Assembly (NCBI GenBank): GCA_037447605.1
Contig: CM074816.1
Span: 62,001 to 126,000, forward strand
Length of the DNA: 64,000 nucleotides
Source of the DNA: Zygnema circumcarinatum SAG 698-1b
Taxonomy: Eukaryota > Plantae > Zygnematophyceae
Reading direction: 5' to 3'
Positions within the stretch are counted from its first letter, which is position 1; each line of letters begins with the position of its first letter. The notes beneath the pieces were generated by a model. It saw nothing but the letters and a program-made list of their open reading frames with translations, had not been told where the DNA came from and ran no database searches. Position numbers and translations under genes: made by a program. Shown here piece by piece: positions 1 through 12,199 of this stretch.

Positions 1-2643
1 GGTTTGGGCGTCGCTACGGTGACTGGATTGGATCAAGGGTCATATTTAAGAAAGCCATACATTACCAAGCGTTCTGGTTTTTCTGTCGAGGAAAAGGCTT
101 TGGAAACACAACCGGACGCAACTGATACTCTTTGCTACTTTACTCTTGTTCCCGATGGTAATTCGACGGCTCCGAACTGTGGATACAGGGCAAGTCAGGT
201 AATATCACCTTCGTCTACATAACCATTCTGATGCCTGGAGAGGTGAAATAAAAATCTCGGTCACGGAGGTAAGCATTGCTCGCCAATCGTCCTGGCTGCT
301 ATGTGTGCACAACTGCATTGGAACACTCTGATGCCTTGTAAGAAGGCTTTGCGTCCTCCTGACACCCTAACCATTTGAAGACTTCATGAAACTCTGTAGC
401 TCACACCACAAAGACGCTCCTTGGAAGTCAGATAACCCTGTTTGTTTGCAAATATTTATTCTCTATTTCCCTCCTTATAGCGTAACGAGCACGTCCTGCA
501 TCGTTCAGCTGACCATGAAAGGCTCCTGATACAGTCTAGATGATGATCATCTAGAATGCTCAATAAACTGATTTACCGTCCTTATGGACCTTGATGGCTC
601 TTCTTTGTTTTGCAATTGTCAAAGTCACAACTTAGCACAGAGCTTGTTATCGTATGATTCATCGTTTTCATAGGGGCGAGCTGCTTGATAAGCTTTGCAG
701 GATAAAGCGATCATCGCGCTGCCACTTTATGTTTTGGCTGGAATAAAAAGGTGGTGTTATGCTCCTTTTTGCTGCTTGCAGATCCGCACAGCCTACGGAG
801 TTCCATCATGGGCTCAAGGAGAGGGACAATCTGTTGCAATCATTGCTGGTTATGCCTCTCCATTTATACAAAATGATCTCAATACGTGGGCTCGCCAAAT
901 AGGAGAAAACTCCACACAAATCACGAGCTTGTTTCCAGATTACACATACACCTATGAAGAAGCTCTTTTCAACCCAGCACCAGGGTACAACCCGGGTTGG
1001 CAAACTGAGGAGAACCTTGACATAGAGGTAAACAACCTACGCATGATGACTTCCTCCCTTTTGAGGCCTTATCTTTTTCTTTTCTCGAATTGATAAGTAA
1101 CTTCAGGTGAATGGATGAAGCGGTCCCATTTCCTTCAAACGAAAATTTTCGTTATGATGACAGACTGTCCATGGAATAGCTCCCAAGGCATCCATCTTCT
1201 ATATCGGTGCTGCAAGTACGGCCGATTCAGATCTCATTGCCGCCCTTGCTGCTGTTCTTGACTTCGGCCTTGCGACAATCGTAACGAACTCCTACGGGAG
1301 CCCTCTTCCTCCACCTGCTTTACAGGATCCAGCAACTACGATTCGCCAAAACCAGGTACCGGTTTGGCTATTATAAATCTTGCAAATATTCAAGGCAAGC
1401 AATGTTTAGGGACCTCGAGCAGCAGAGAATTGGCCCATGAAAATCGCAGGACATTGTATACAAAAAGGACTTCTCTATTCAGTGAAAACGTTCTTGAGAA
1501 TGTGCTTCATGGAACTCCTGCTTCCTCATTGAGAGAATAAATTCCCATTCATGACAACCACTAATTCGACTTAAGAGTTGAGTTGAGAAGTGATCTTTGC
1601 AACAGGTCTCCTTTCGCACCCAATTCCTTAAAGTTGCAAAACCTTGAAAACTCACTCGCTTTCATGTTGCAGCCATGGACAGATATCCTTATTCAAGCAG
1701 CTGCACAAGGTGTGGGTGTTTACTTTGCTTCTGGTGATTCTGGAGATGATTCCCCGATTTATGGCTATCTAGGATACCATGCGACGGATTACCCTGCCTC
1801 AGATCCATGGGCCATTGCTGTCGGAGGGACTTCGCTGGGAATTTCGGAGGATGGCGGAAGGGAATTTGAGGTGTACTGGGGCAGCCTCAGCCGTAATGCA
1901 ACTTCCCAGACATTTCTAGGTGGCGGTGGAGGTGGAATTTCTGTTTATGGAGTCCCATTTTACCAGGAGGGAAGCAGTGCTGTGACAACATTTCTTGATG
2001 CTTATGGAAACGGTGTTCTGGGCAGGGTAGTTCCTGACATCAGCGGAAATGCAGACCCGACAACAGGGTGAGGATTTTCCACAAAAAAACTGACGTCGTA
2101 AAGCATGCAATTTTCAAGCCATCAAATCTAAAACTTTACTTTACTCAGAATTTAGAACGCTCATGCCTTGAAAAGCTTTCAGCTGCAGCGTGCGCTCGAG
2201 ATACCTGTCCAAACTCCTGTTGCATGCTCCCATCTCCTCTCGTTTTCTCCAGATATTTCATCGGACTCTCTCAAATTGAGTTGGCCCCGGGCACCGACTA
2301 CTACGAAGGTGAAAAGTTCTTGCAGCCAGTGTACGGTAACGATGTCTATGGTGGCACCAGCTTGTCATGCCCAATGATGGCGGCATTCATAGCTTTGGCT
2401 CAGGAAGTCTCTGGACGACAATTCGGATTCATAAATCCGCTTTTATATAGCTTGCCAGCCTCGGCATTCGTTGACATCACCGTCGTTTCTCCGCCAATTC
2501 AGACAAACTCCAGCTCGGGCTCTACCTTACAGTATGGTGAAACCCTCACACTGTCCTCAGTTCCCGGGTATGATGACTCCACAGGCCTCGGAGTTCCAAG
2601 CTTTAACTTTTGGTCTGAATCGTTTTGGAATTCGCTGGCCTAG
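1..2643 (+). CDS. Peptidase S53 family (sedolisin/kumamolisin-like) serine-carboxyl protease; 5' end (signal/pro-domain) lies upstream of the window
   Basis: In-frame GT-AG exons <1-198, 782-1027, 1164-1355, 1673-2067, 2253-2643. Motifs: WQTEENLDIE (Glu/Asp of the Glu-Asp-Ser triad), TVHGIAPKA, ATIVTNSYG, FASGDSGD (oxyanion Asp), YPASDPWAIAVGGTSL, VVPDISGNADP, GGTSLSCP (catalytic Ser), GYDDSTGLGVP (Ca-binding loop). Confidence 0.92.
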
Positions 2644-3840
2644 CTGTGAAATGCAGCCCTTCAAGAAGGTCAGATAACTTCTACTTGCTCATTCTTGAAC
2701 CGAGAATAATGGAGCAGATGGCGAGAACATGATGTTGGGGAAGTTGCCGCAGCATAAATCCTATTCTGTAAACAAGGTAGTTTTGGTTTACTGTGCGTAG
2801 AACAGGAAGGGAGAATTAATCACTGATACCAGGATGAAATTATTATTGATTTCGGGGGGCGAAGATGACCATTGTTCGAGAAAGACAGGAATTTAAACCA
2901 GGGATAGCTTGCAACCATTCTTGGATTCAGGCGGAGAAGTCGACCATTCAGGGCAGGGATAACTTCCAGACAGTCTGAACATGTGAATCAATGCCAGTCC
3001 AGCAGCATGTGAGATGTACATTTCCATTACAATGTTCGAGCTTCTTCTCGTGTTTATAAAATTTCCAGTACATGTCTCCACTGTACTTAACAGAGTATTT
3101 TCCTTCTGAAGCAAGCAATGAAAAAGAACACTAGAACTACAGCTTCGATGTTTCCTGCTTAGAGAGGAGCGGCATAGGAGAAAAAGAGGACATGAATACC
3201 TCCCTAACTTTGGCATAGTATTAACATAACACGATGACGTGACATGACATAACCATGCCTATAGTTCATGTCTGCAGTCTGCTGGACCCCTATCACACAC
3301 TTACAAGAAGTCAAACAATTGAATTTTATTCTTGACCATTTGGTGACTTTCAACAGATTTAAGAACTGGAGCAGCATACAAACCCGTCAATTCACTGAAA
3401 GCAGGCTAAAACTGGCAAAACAGAAAGGACAAATCCTACATATAAAGCAGTCTGGTCTATCCGCATTGAAACTCCCCACGTCTACCAACTCTAAACTCCT
3501 ACACAGACATAAATAGCTTTTGTATTTTTCTCCCACTTTCCTAAAACCCTAAAATTTCAAGCCTAAAGAGACTATGAACTGTAAAAAAGCATAGCAGTGA
3601 ATTTTACCAACGAGTCATCTATGCCACGAGCTATAGCTCCATTGCAGACGCAAGAACAAGTCCCCATAGAAGAATGTCTTCGTACCTTCAGCACCAAATG
3701 AATAGCGGCTCCTACAATTTCTAGGACTCCCTATAAGCAGCTGCAGGCGAACCTACACCCCTCCTAATTTTCTCCTAATCAAAACCTAAAAGCAGAAAAG
3801 AAAAACTATTTTTTTAAGTTTTATTCACACCAAAACTGGC

Positions 3841-6800
3841 TCATGGAACCGCTGCTTGTGCTGGTGTGGGCTCTGCTTCCTCCCTCTCTGAAAGAGAATG
3901 GCTGAGTCCGTTTGAAGTCAGATTGGTGTCCTCCCCACCATTGCTAGGTTTGGCTTTGCAGTCATAGGTTCGGCGGTAAAGGGCGTCCACTCCCGCAAGG
4001 AAGAAGGTGCCCGGCCTCAAATTTTCAAGGGAGGTTGAAGGTATGAAATCGCAGGCTCCATAGCGCTTCTCCATGAGCTCCATGGTGCTAACAAACTCTT
4101 CCGGCGGCACCTGTAGACGGTAGGCCAACAAAACCATCTTTCTTCTATGTTCATGTCCAGTTCCGTTGACATAGAAACAAAAACATATTTCAATGTTCAT
4201 GTCTAGTCCTGTTGCTGAAGTGAAAACAAGGCCAAGTTTCTATGTTCATATTTAGTTCCGTTCACATGAGCCACGCAGTCCAAACCTAGTCTGGAGATGT
4301 ACTGAATCTTTCGAACGCACTCAGGAACTCAAAGTATCCTGAAACCCTCAAAAAGTTAAACCCTAAAAATGTTTCCATGGACTCTCAGACGAACCTTCAC
4401 TCGAGTCGCCAGCAACGTTGGCACGTCGATGGCCTCCACGAGTCGGCTGAAGGTAAAGGGAGGAGAGACTTTTTGAACTTGGAAGGAGAACATGGATGCA
4501 ACTAACCCACTGCCGTACGAGAACATGAGTATCCTCTTCCCCTCCTGCACCGACCACTCCCACCCTCCCTCAGTCATCGCTCCTCCAGTCTCCTCCTTCC
4601 AATTCATCTCATGTAAAGGAAGAAGCAGAAACGTGAGCATCTGCAGATTGCTTGCGTTCCGGGGTCTTTAACGATCCTAAATAATTTAAGAAAAATAGCA
4701 AATCTTTAGGGTTTAAGTGTGGTTCAACTCACCGAGTTGGGTCCCATTTGCCAAAGCAGAGAGGCAAGGCTGACATAGAGAGAAGCTGTGTAGCTATTTC
4801 CCGTCTGTTTGGGGAGAATAGTGGAGGGGGCGACCTTAGCCGCATAAGAGCTCTTTGAAGCTTGCATGGCTGCCTGCTCCCCTCTCCCTTCCACTCGATC
4901 ACCTTCATGTCCACACATGTTTACTATGTATGCATGCGTACAACAAGTGCATATAATGTGTACAATGTATTGTGTGTACATGACATGCATGAGCAACCCA
5001 CCTTTTCTAAATCTCGGTCTGTATAGCTCTCCTCTTCAGACATGCTTTTGAAACGCTCCCACGATGAGGTGTCTTCAACTCCGTCTACTCTGTCCAAAGA
5101 AAGAGAATTTCACATATACCAAAAATGAGATAAGGGCGGCGGCAAGGGTCATAGCAGCTCCCCGAGCCTGTGTGAAGTGAGACGAGGAAGAGCGAGAGGG
5201 AGGGACAGAGGAAAGGAGTGAGGGAGAGGGGGAGAGAGCGAGCGAGAAAGAGAGAGGGGGAGAGGGAGAGAGAGAGAGAGGGAGGGAGAGAGAGACTACC
5301 TTCCTAATCGTAGGAAGTCGTTGTAGAGAAGTCTGGCGAAGCTTTTTTGGACAAGCTGCCACCCAAACAAATGTTTCACAAACTCAAAACATTGCTTCCT
5401 CCTGTTCATAATGCATTCTTTAAATTAGGACATGGGGTTTTAGGGTTTGCTTAACAAAATTGGGACTCCCATGGCTTTTGAAAGCTCTTCTGTTCTTCAC
5501 TACTGAAAAGCCTCGTTCCATCTTCCTAAATATGATACACTCCGATCTAAATAACTCTTTAGACTTCCCCCGTTACATGCAGTTCCAATTCTATGGTCCA
5601 GTTTCCATTGAAACAGAACTGACTCACCTTATTGTACGGACTATGAAACGCCACATAATCTGTATCTTTCAGCGAAAATGACTCACCCTCCTGCTTCTTG
5701 AATCTGTTTTCAAATCAACACCAAAATCGCTGCCCCCGAATTAAGCCCCTTACAAAGTGAGGTTTCAGGATTCCGGAACAGTTACTTTTAGAGTTTCCCG
5801 GGTATCTCGGGGTTTTAAGCTGAAAACTTTAGGCCAAGCAGGAGTACAGAAACCTACTTGGAGCAGAACCCTGCATAGCATTTGTCCAGCGCCTTCAAGT
5901 AGCATGTCTGCGATAGCTTTCCATCCACCACCTAGCAAGTCACCACCACAACGACGGTCAGAAAGAGAGATAGGCCGAGAAAGAGAGAGAGAGAGAGAGA
6001 GTGAGAGAGTGAGTGAGTGAGAGGGAGAGAGAGAGTGAGTGAGTGAGTGAGTGAGTGAGTGAGTGTGAGTGACTGACAGAGTGAGTGTGACATACGTGGG
6101 CTCGGTCTGAGAGAGAGAGAGAGAGAGGAGACGAGATAGAACGAAGAGAGAGTGGTACAGAGAGAGGGGAGAGAGAAGAGGGAAGGGAGAGGGAGAGGGA
6201 GAGGGGGAGCGGGAGAGAGGGAGAGTACTCACTGGGTACTCGCTGGCCAGCTGCGGCTTATAGAAGTCGTACACGTGTGCTGCGTGCGTGGCAGAGAGGG
6301 AGCGGTGCATGGCGAGCGGCGCGTTGGGGCCCACCAAGAGGGCCACTGCGCCGGCGCCACCTGTCGGCCTCGCAGGGCCCTCTGCGTACACCTGGCAGCA
6401 CCTCACAGGTCAGGAGAGTGAGGAGGGACAGAGAGAGAGAGGGAGAGAGAGAGAGAGAGNNNNNNNNNNGAGAGAGGGGGGGGGGGGGCAGGAAAGACAA
6501 GACTCCATGGCAGAGCTTCTGGCGAAGTTCTTGCACTTGTTTTTGATTTACATGGGAGATAGCGGTCCTAAGCCTGCAACCCTAAACCCTAAACCCTAAA
6601 CTGCCAAAGATTGTGAAGTTACCGCGCTGTCTGCTGCCACAACGATGGCGTAACGGCCGTCCCATGCGGAGCTCTCTATCCAGTTGAGAGCGTTGAGGAG
6701 AGCAGCCGTCCCGCCATAGCACGCGTTCGTGGAGTCCACTCCTTCAATGTCGGAATTTCCGCTTTTCTGCACATTACCAAAAGCAAAACAGAGCGCATAC

Positions 6801-6980
6801 AATTTAAGGATACTTTGCAGGAGAGTTTGCAGGAGCTAACAGAAAAGGAGAGAATCTGATTGGTGAATAAGGAAGGGAGCAGCTGTGCAGTTTGAAGTCA
6901 GAGGTCAGTGCTAATTGCATGATCAATGGGGGAGTTAAATTTTTAGTCACGAGATGATGTTTTCAAGGTGGAGAGAGAGA

Positions 6981-7031
<51 letters not shown>

Positions 7032-7530
7032 CTCTGGTTATAGTACGATTATGCGCATTTTGGGAGGGGATTTTGAAGGGAGAATTGGAGCTTATTGGCT
7101 AACCTCGAAGAGAGGCATGAGGGCTGACTTGATGGACTTGCTTTTGTCAATGACAGTTTCCGATCCGACTTCGAGACGGCCAACGGAGGACGGATCGATT
7201 CCATGCTTCTCTAACAGCTGTTGAACTACCGTCAAACTGCGGCGGAACTCAGCAACAAAAATCAGAAAAAGAGAGAATCTTCTCTTTCTGAAATGAATAA
7301 CTGAAGTCGGCTTTCCTGTCTGATGATTTGAATTTCTTAACCACGCAAACTAAGTACTATGAAAAACCATAAAGAATGCAAAAAACAGGGGTGGAAGTAC
7401 ATTGAATGCACCTCATGGAAATGACATCTTCCTGGTCGCAGCAGTACGCCAAACTGTCCTGTCCAAGTCCAATGGTGTACTTCCCTGCACTCACGCCATC
7501 AAAGGCTTCCAGTTCCGACTGTTGGGGGGG

Positions 7531-7568
<38 letters not shown>

Positions 7569-7579
7569 AAGAGAGAGAG

Positions 7580-7631
<52 letters not shown>

Positions 7632-8657
7632 GGGGAGAGAGAGAGAGAGGGAGAGAGAGGGAGAGAGGGAGAGGTAGAGGGAGAGGGAGAGGGAGAGAGA
7701 GAGTGAGAGAGAGAGGGGGGGAGGGGAGGATTTAGCAGACACACATGTTTCTGATCCGACCAACATTTCAGATCAGATAAATCAAGAAGGACCAAAAACA
7801 GATCAAATTCTGTAGCTGCAAGGCGAGCGACAAAAAAACAGAGGGAGTGACTAAACGCACTGAATTAAAAAAAAGAAAGTCACTTTTCAAACTTTGGGAT
7901 GACAAAATCAAAATGCTTCCATGGATTGGGACCGTGAAAAAGTTGCTCTTCAAAAAAGGGACAGCTGGGAAAAATGGGAGATCCAGCAGCTGAAATGAAA
8001 AATTTGAAGAGAGGTCAAGGAGCACATGAAAGAGTTAAATAAAGCTAAAGGTTAATGTGACAATTGGGGGAAAAGCATCCGCTTGAATGAGCGAAGATAT
8101 TAAGGTTAAGCATCTGCTGAAGTCTGACCTGCTGTCTGGACTAAACACTTGGTGACGGGCAGAGGGGAGAGAAAGAGTGAGAGGAGGGGGTGGGGTGTGA
8201 GAGGAAGTTAGGGAGAAGTCAGCGCAGTGAGAGAGTATGGGGAAAAGAAAGAGGTGGGCAGAAAGTGAGGGGAGAGGGAGAGAGGGAGAGTGGAGAAGGG
8301 GCAGGGGGAGAGGGGAAGAGTGTAACGGAAAGCGCGAGAAAGTTAGAGGAAAGAGGGAGGGATGAGAGAGAGAGAAAGAGTGTAGGGGACAGCGAGAGAA
8401 AGGGAAATTAAGAGTTGGACACAGGGGGAGCGAGACGAGAAGACGAGAAAAGAGACCGATAAACAGATGCATAGTGCAAGGGAGAAAAGGAAAGGAGAGA
8501 AAGAAAGAGAGGCCGAGAGAGAAGGAGCGAGTGGCAGACGATTAGTGAAGTACAAAAAGGAAAAAAGAAGAAGACTGAAGATCACCTGGAGGACGTATGT
8601 TGGAGGGAAGTACAGCTGGAGAGCCAGAATACCCACGGATTTGGGACGGGCTTCCAT
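3841..8657 (-). CDS. HMGS: Hydroxymethylglutaryl-CoA synthase (cytosolic mevalonate pathway), 12 exons
   Basis: Exons (minus): 8586-8657, 7412-7518, 7104-7236, 6623-6766, 6233-6391, 5858-5931, 5628-5703, 5300-5355, 5002-5089, 4733-4873, 4395-4544, 3841-4110, all GT-AG with consistent phases. Motifs: [34 protein letters not shown] (catalytic Cys), [32 protein letters not shown]. Confidence 0.96.
6460..6469. other. Assembly gap (10 N) inside a (GA)n tract in an HMGS intron
   Basis: Run of N visible in the sequence. Confidence 0.99.
6580..6600 (+). repeat. Short interstitial (CCCTAAA)3 plant telomere-type repeat / telo-box
   Basis: cctaaaccctaaaccctaaa in an HMGS intron. Single aaaccct(a) motifs also occur near 3545, 4360, 12800, 21040, 37710, 39350 and 44135. 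Confidence 0.7.
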
Positions 8658-9090
8658 ATTGTCGCTCTATCTCTCTCTCACTCCTCCTCTCTCGTCCCTC
8701 TCTTGCCTGCCCTCCCTCTTCCTCTCGATCCTCACCTTCTCTCGTCTCCCTCGATCCCTCCTTCCCCTTCCTTCGCTCTCTCCCTCTCTCTCTCTCCTCC
8801 CTCTCACCCTTTCCTCTCCCTTCTCTCCCTCTCGGTCTCCCTTTCAGCCTCGCTCTCTCTCCCTCTCTCCTCCCACTCACCCTTTCCTCTCCCTACCCTC
8901 TCGCTCTCCCTTCCAGCTTCTCTCTCTCTCACTCTCCCTCTCTCCCTCCCCTCCGCTTCCTTGCTCTCCACTCCCTCTCCCTTTACGGACACAACGACTA
9001 GTCCAAGTCGTGACGTCATCAAAGTCATGTGCTGACGGAAGGCAACTTCCGTAACCATTGGTCGAGTCAGACTTAAGGAATCAGTATTAC

Positions 9091-9251
9091 TAGGGGGTGT
9101 CAGACTTAACAAAATCTTACGAAAAGCGTTACGAAAAAAAAGGTTACGAAAGTACTCCGCCGCAGGAGGATCGCGATTATACTGGAGTACTCGTTCTGAT
9201 GTCAAACTTACGAACACGCGTACTGAATTTTTTTAAGTCTGACACCCCCTA
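9091..9251. mobile_element. 161-bp MITE-like element, copy 1
   Basis: Perfect terminal inverted repeats TAGGGGGTGTCAGACTTAA / TTAAGTCTGACACCCCCTA; the outer TA may be the target-site duplication. No coding capacity. A near-identical reverse-complement copy lies at 59482-59642. Confidence 0.85.
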
Positions 9252-10254
9252 CTGCAGAAGGAACTTCTTCGTATTCCGTTACAAATCGAAATAAGTAATC
9301 CAAAGATATAGTTATCGGCCAGCAACAGAGTATGCAATCTAAGTTCAATTAAGTACTACTGAAAATCATTTCCCGTTCGATTCCTGCTAGGTCTGACACG
9401 CCCACTGTCAAGCCCATCCGTGTCAGAGCGCCCTCGCTGTGTCAGTTCAGTTCCCAGTTGAGCTACGAGCTCCATGCGTTCCCGTAATATAACGTGGCAG
9501 TCCAGGAGTGGCTGCTTACACCTGTCACGGCGCAACGTGATTGGCCGGAGCGGGAGGCACATTTTGTGGGCGCCGGGGTCTGTCCGAGTTTTTAGCATTT
9601 TTTTTTGTGGCTGTGACGTCATCTCGACATTTGTCCAAGGAATCGATCGTTCGAAAGTTTCGAACCTGGCGTCACTTTTTGTCGGATCGCGTCAGCGCGC
9701 CCTGTGCAGTGTCTGTCGGTGGCGCATCGACCCGTCACGGCCGTTCGCCTGCCCCAACCGTCGGTTCGGTTCGGCTCGGTTCGGTTGCTTCGGTCAGCGC
9801 GCCAGAGGGGACGAGGCATTTGTCGTTTGTGAGGCTTGAAGTTGGATCGATCGGGGCCGTGTTTCTCGTGGTTTCTCATGATGATTTTGTCCATAAACAT
9901 GTGATGCCATTGCCATGGTGAAATCAATGACATATCCCTCCTACGACGTAGCTTCAACTCGAAAGCATAAGGGAACCCTAATTCACTTTCTGAAATCTCT
10001 CTCGTACAATCGTTTGTGGAGCTTTACATGGACCACCGAACCATGTGAACAACTTACGCGAGTTTCTAGTTTTGTTCAACATTGTGTTGTTCAACATGCT
10101 CACAGCATAGACACCGTCTTTGCTTCACGCTACAACGAGGTTCTATGTAGCAATTCCCGTTCGATTCTACAGCACAGAGCCGCATAGAACCTGCAGGCTG
10201 CCCGCCCGCCAACCGAACCCACTACTGACAAATGCTGACTTGTCAGAGCTCCTT

Positions 10255-10345
10255 CATTTTGACACGTGGCAGGCATGCTGACGCATCAACCTCCATCGCA
10301 CGCCACATCAGAAAAAAAGATCCGTGACCTTCCACGTGTCAGCTC
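10255..10345 (+). promoter_or_regulatory. ABRE/G-box-like motifs upstream of the lysozyme-like gene
   Basis: tgacacgtggcag (~10259) and ccacgtgtcag (~10332) match the ACGTG(G/T)C ABRE core, 230-310 bp upstream of the ATG. Function is untested. Confidence 0.3.
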
Positions 10346-10572
10346 CAGACGGCCCTGCGCAGTCTCCAGAACTTCCACTATCTCCCCTGCCAGGAAAACA
10401 ATCAATCGCCTTGATCTTGTCTGGCCAATCCACACCTTACACGTAGCCGGTCAGCTACAGAAAAGTTACTTATCTGCCCGTACGCTCTCATATAAGTTCC
10501 TGCACCCTTTTCATTGTTGAAGCGTTCTCTATTTGTCCCCCTCTTGATAGACGAGCTTCCTGAAAGGCAGAC

Positions 10573-12199
10573 ATGGCGGCCATGGTGAAGTCCACAGGAG
10601 CTCTCCCGTTATGGGCACCTCTCCTTCCCTTCCTCCTCCTCGCTGCTGTGAGCGCTGTCCATGGGGGCATCGTTGACAGCTTGCAGAGCCAGCTGAGTGA
10701 CACGTGGAGCCGGCTTAGAGGGGAGAAGCCTGTGCTTGCGGGCACCACTCTGTGCATTCCCACGGCGGCAAAGGTGTTGGAGAACCACGAGGGCCGACAT
10801 AGCTGCGCGTACGATCACCCCAGCGGGTACCGCGCAGTGGGGGCGGGCTACAACTTGGATGCGGACAGAGACAGGGCGAGGGGGGAGCTCAGAACCGCGC
10901 TTGCTGACTATGATAAGGTGGGCTTCAGGGAGGTGCTTTTAGCTCCTCTTTAGTGATCAGATGGGGTTGAAATGATTTCGTTCTTGGTAGAGTATTGGAG
11001 TTGAAATGGGTATTTAATGGGGTTTTTGTGTTTTAAACTGCTATGGATGAGGGGGGGGGGGGGGGGGGGGGGNNNNNNNNNNGGGGGGGGGGGCGATTTT
11101 TTTTAGCTGTTTGTATTTTTTTATTCTGCTGCTTTTTATGGAGATTGATTTGAACGATGCTTCCACCCTCTTTTTCATAATTTAATGGTTTCTATGACGC
11201 TGTTACGTGATGCAGGTGTACAAGGGCAAGAGCTGCTTGAACAGTGTCCAGATTTCTGCGCTTCTGGCTCTTGATGCACGACGGGTACGCTCTGGGCTCA
11301 CAGTAACTATTTTCCACGAATCGTTTGTGCTAACTAACTGTTTAAGTAGTTAACTGACTAATCAACAAACTAACTAACTAATAGAACAAATAGAACTCGT
11401 ACTGGAATTAATCTGCATGCCAGCAAGGTAATAAAACTTCGACAAGAATCCTGCTTATCGAGTAATGCGAGAAAGGTCTGTTTGCAAGCCGGGCCGGAAA
11501 GCGATTAAGAATGAAAAGGAAATGTTTTTAAAATCAGATCATTTTCGAGGGAATTGGTTGTGGCCGCGGATTTCCTGATCCTTGCTTTAGAGCACCAGTG
11601 GAGATGCGCATCTTCTAAGTATTTTTCATTTCATTTCATTATTTTGCATCTTTGCATTGTTTTCTTAACTGAAATCTTGCAAAATTTTGGTGATTCTAAA
11701 TTATTTTTCGCTGTGTTTGGATGGTACTGCAGGCCTTGAACGCTGCTGCGGAGGAGGTGAAGGCCCTGGACGAGTGGTGCTGTGACGTACAGGCGGCCTT
11801 TGCTGACGTCGCCTTTGCTTCCGGTGAGAAGCTCACTCCATTCACCACTCCTTCGCTTCAAACATTTTCCAAAAGCAATTGTCTCCAACCTTTCTGTTCG
11901 ATTCAGACGTTAATGTAAAGCTTTTATTGTTCCAATATCCTTTCTCTAATATACTACTGCTCCTATTCCTGTAATGCTTTCTCCTCCTTTAAAATGCAGG
12001 TCAAAAGCAACTTCGAAGCAAGGAGTTCGGTAGCATCACTGCCTTTGCCCGCGAGGAGAAGTGGGAGAAAGCCGCCGATGAGCTCCGCGAGGCAAGTTGG
12101 TGTTCGAGCCATCGAAAGAGGTGCGAAGGAGACGAGGATGCCATCCGGAAGGGATGCGGATATGGCCATGGGGGGGAAGCCATGCCCATCATCGTCTAG
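10573..12199 (+). CDS. Secreted T4-phage-type (GH24-like) lysozyme-fold protein, 234 aa, Cys-rich
   Basis: Exons 10573-10917, 11216-11284, 11733-11823, 12000-12199 (GT-AG, phases 0,0,1; 705 nt). Hydrophobic signal peptide. HEGRHSCAYDHPSGYRAVGAGYNL aligns to T4L [33 protein letters not shown] aligns to the AL.NMVFQMG helix; EKWEKAADELREASWCSSHRKRC aligns to [23 protein letters not shown]. Confidence 0.85.
11073..11082. other. Assembly gap (10 N) within a poly-G run in lysozyme intron 1
   Basis: Run of N flanked by G homopolymer. Confidence 0.99.

Noticed and set aside
6580-6600. Telomeric repeat as a chromosome end or fusion scar
   Set aside because: Only three units inside an intron; telo-boxes are common in plant genes.
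11050-11095. Poly-G run as a G-quadruplex element
   Set aside because: It spans an N gap, and homopolymer length and authenticity cannot be trusted.
1-12199. Bacterial or phage contamination explaining the S53 and lysozyme genes
   Set aside because: Both genes have multiple canonical spliceosomal introns and flank a typical eukaryotic HMGS gene.
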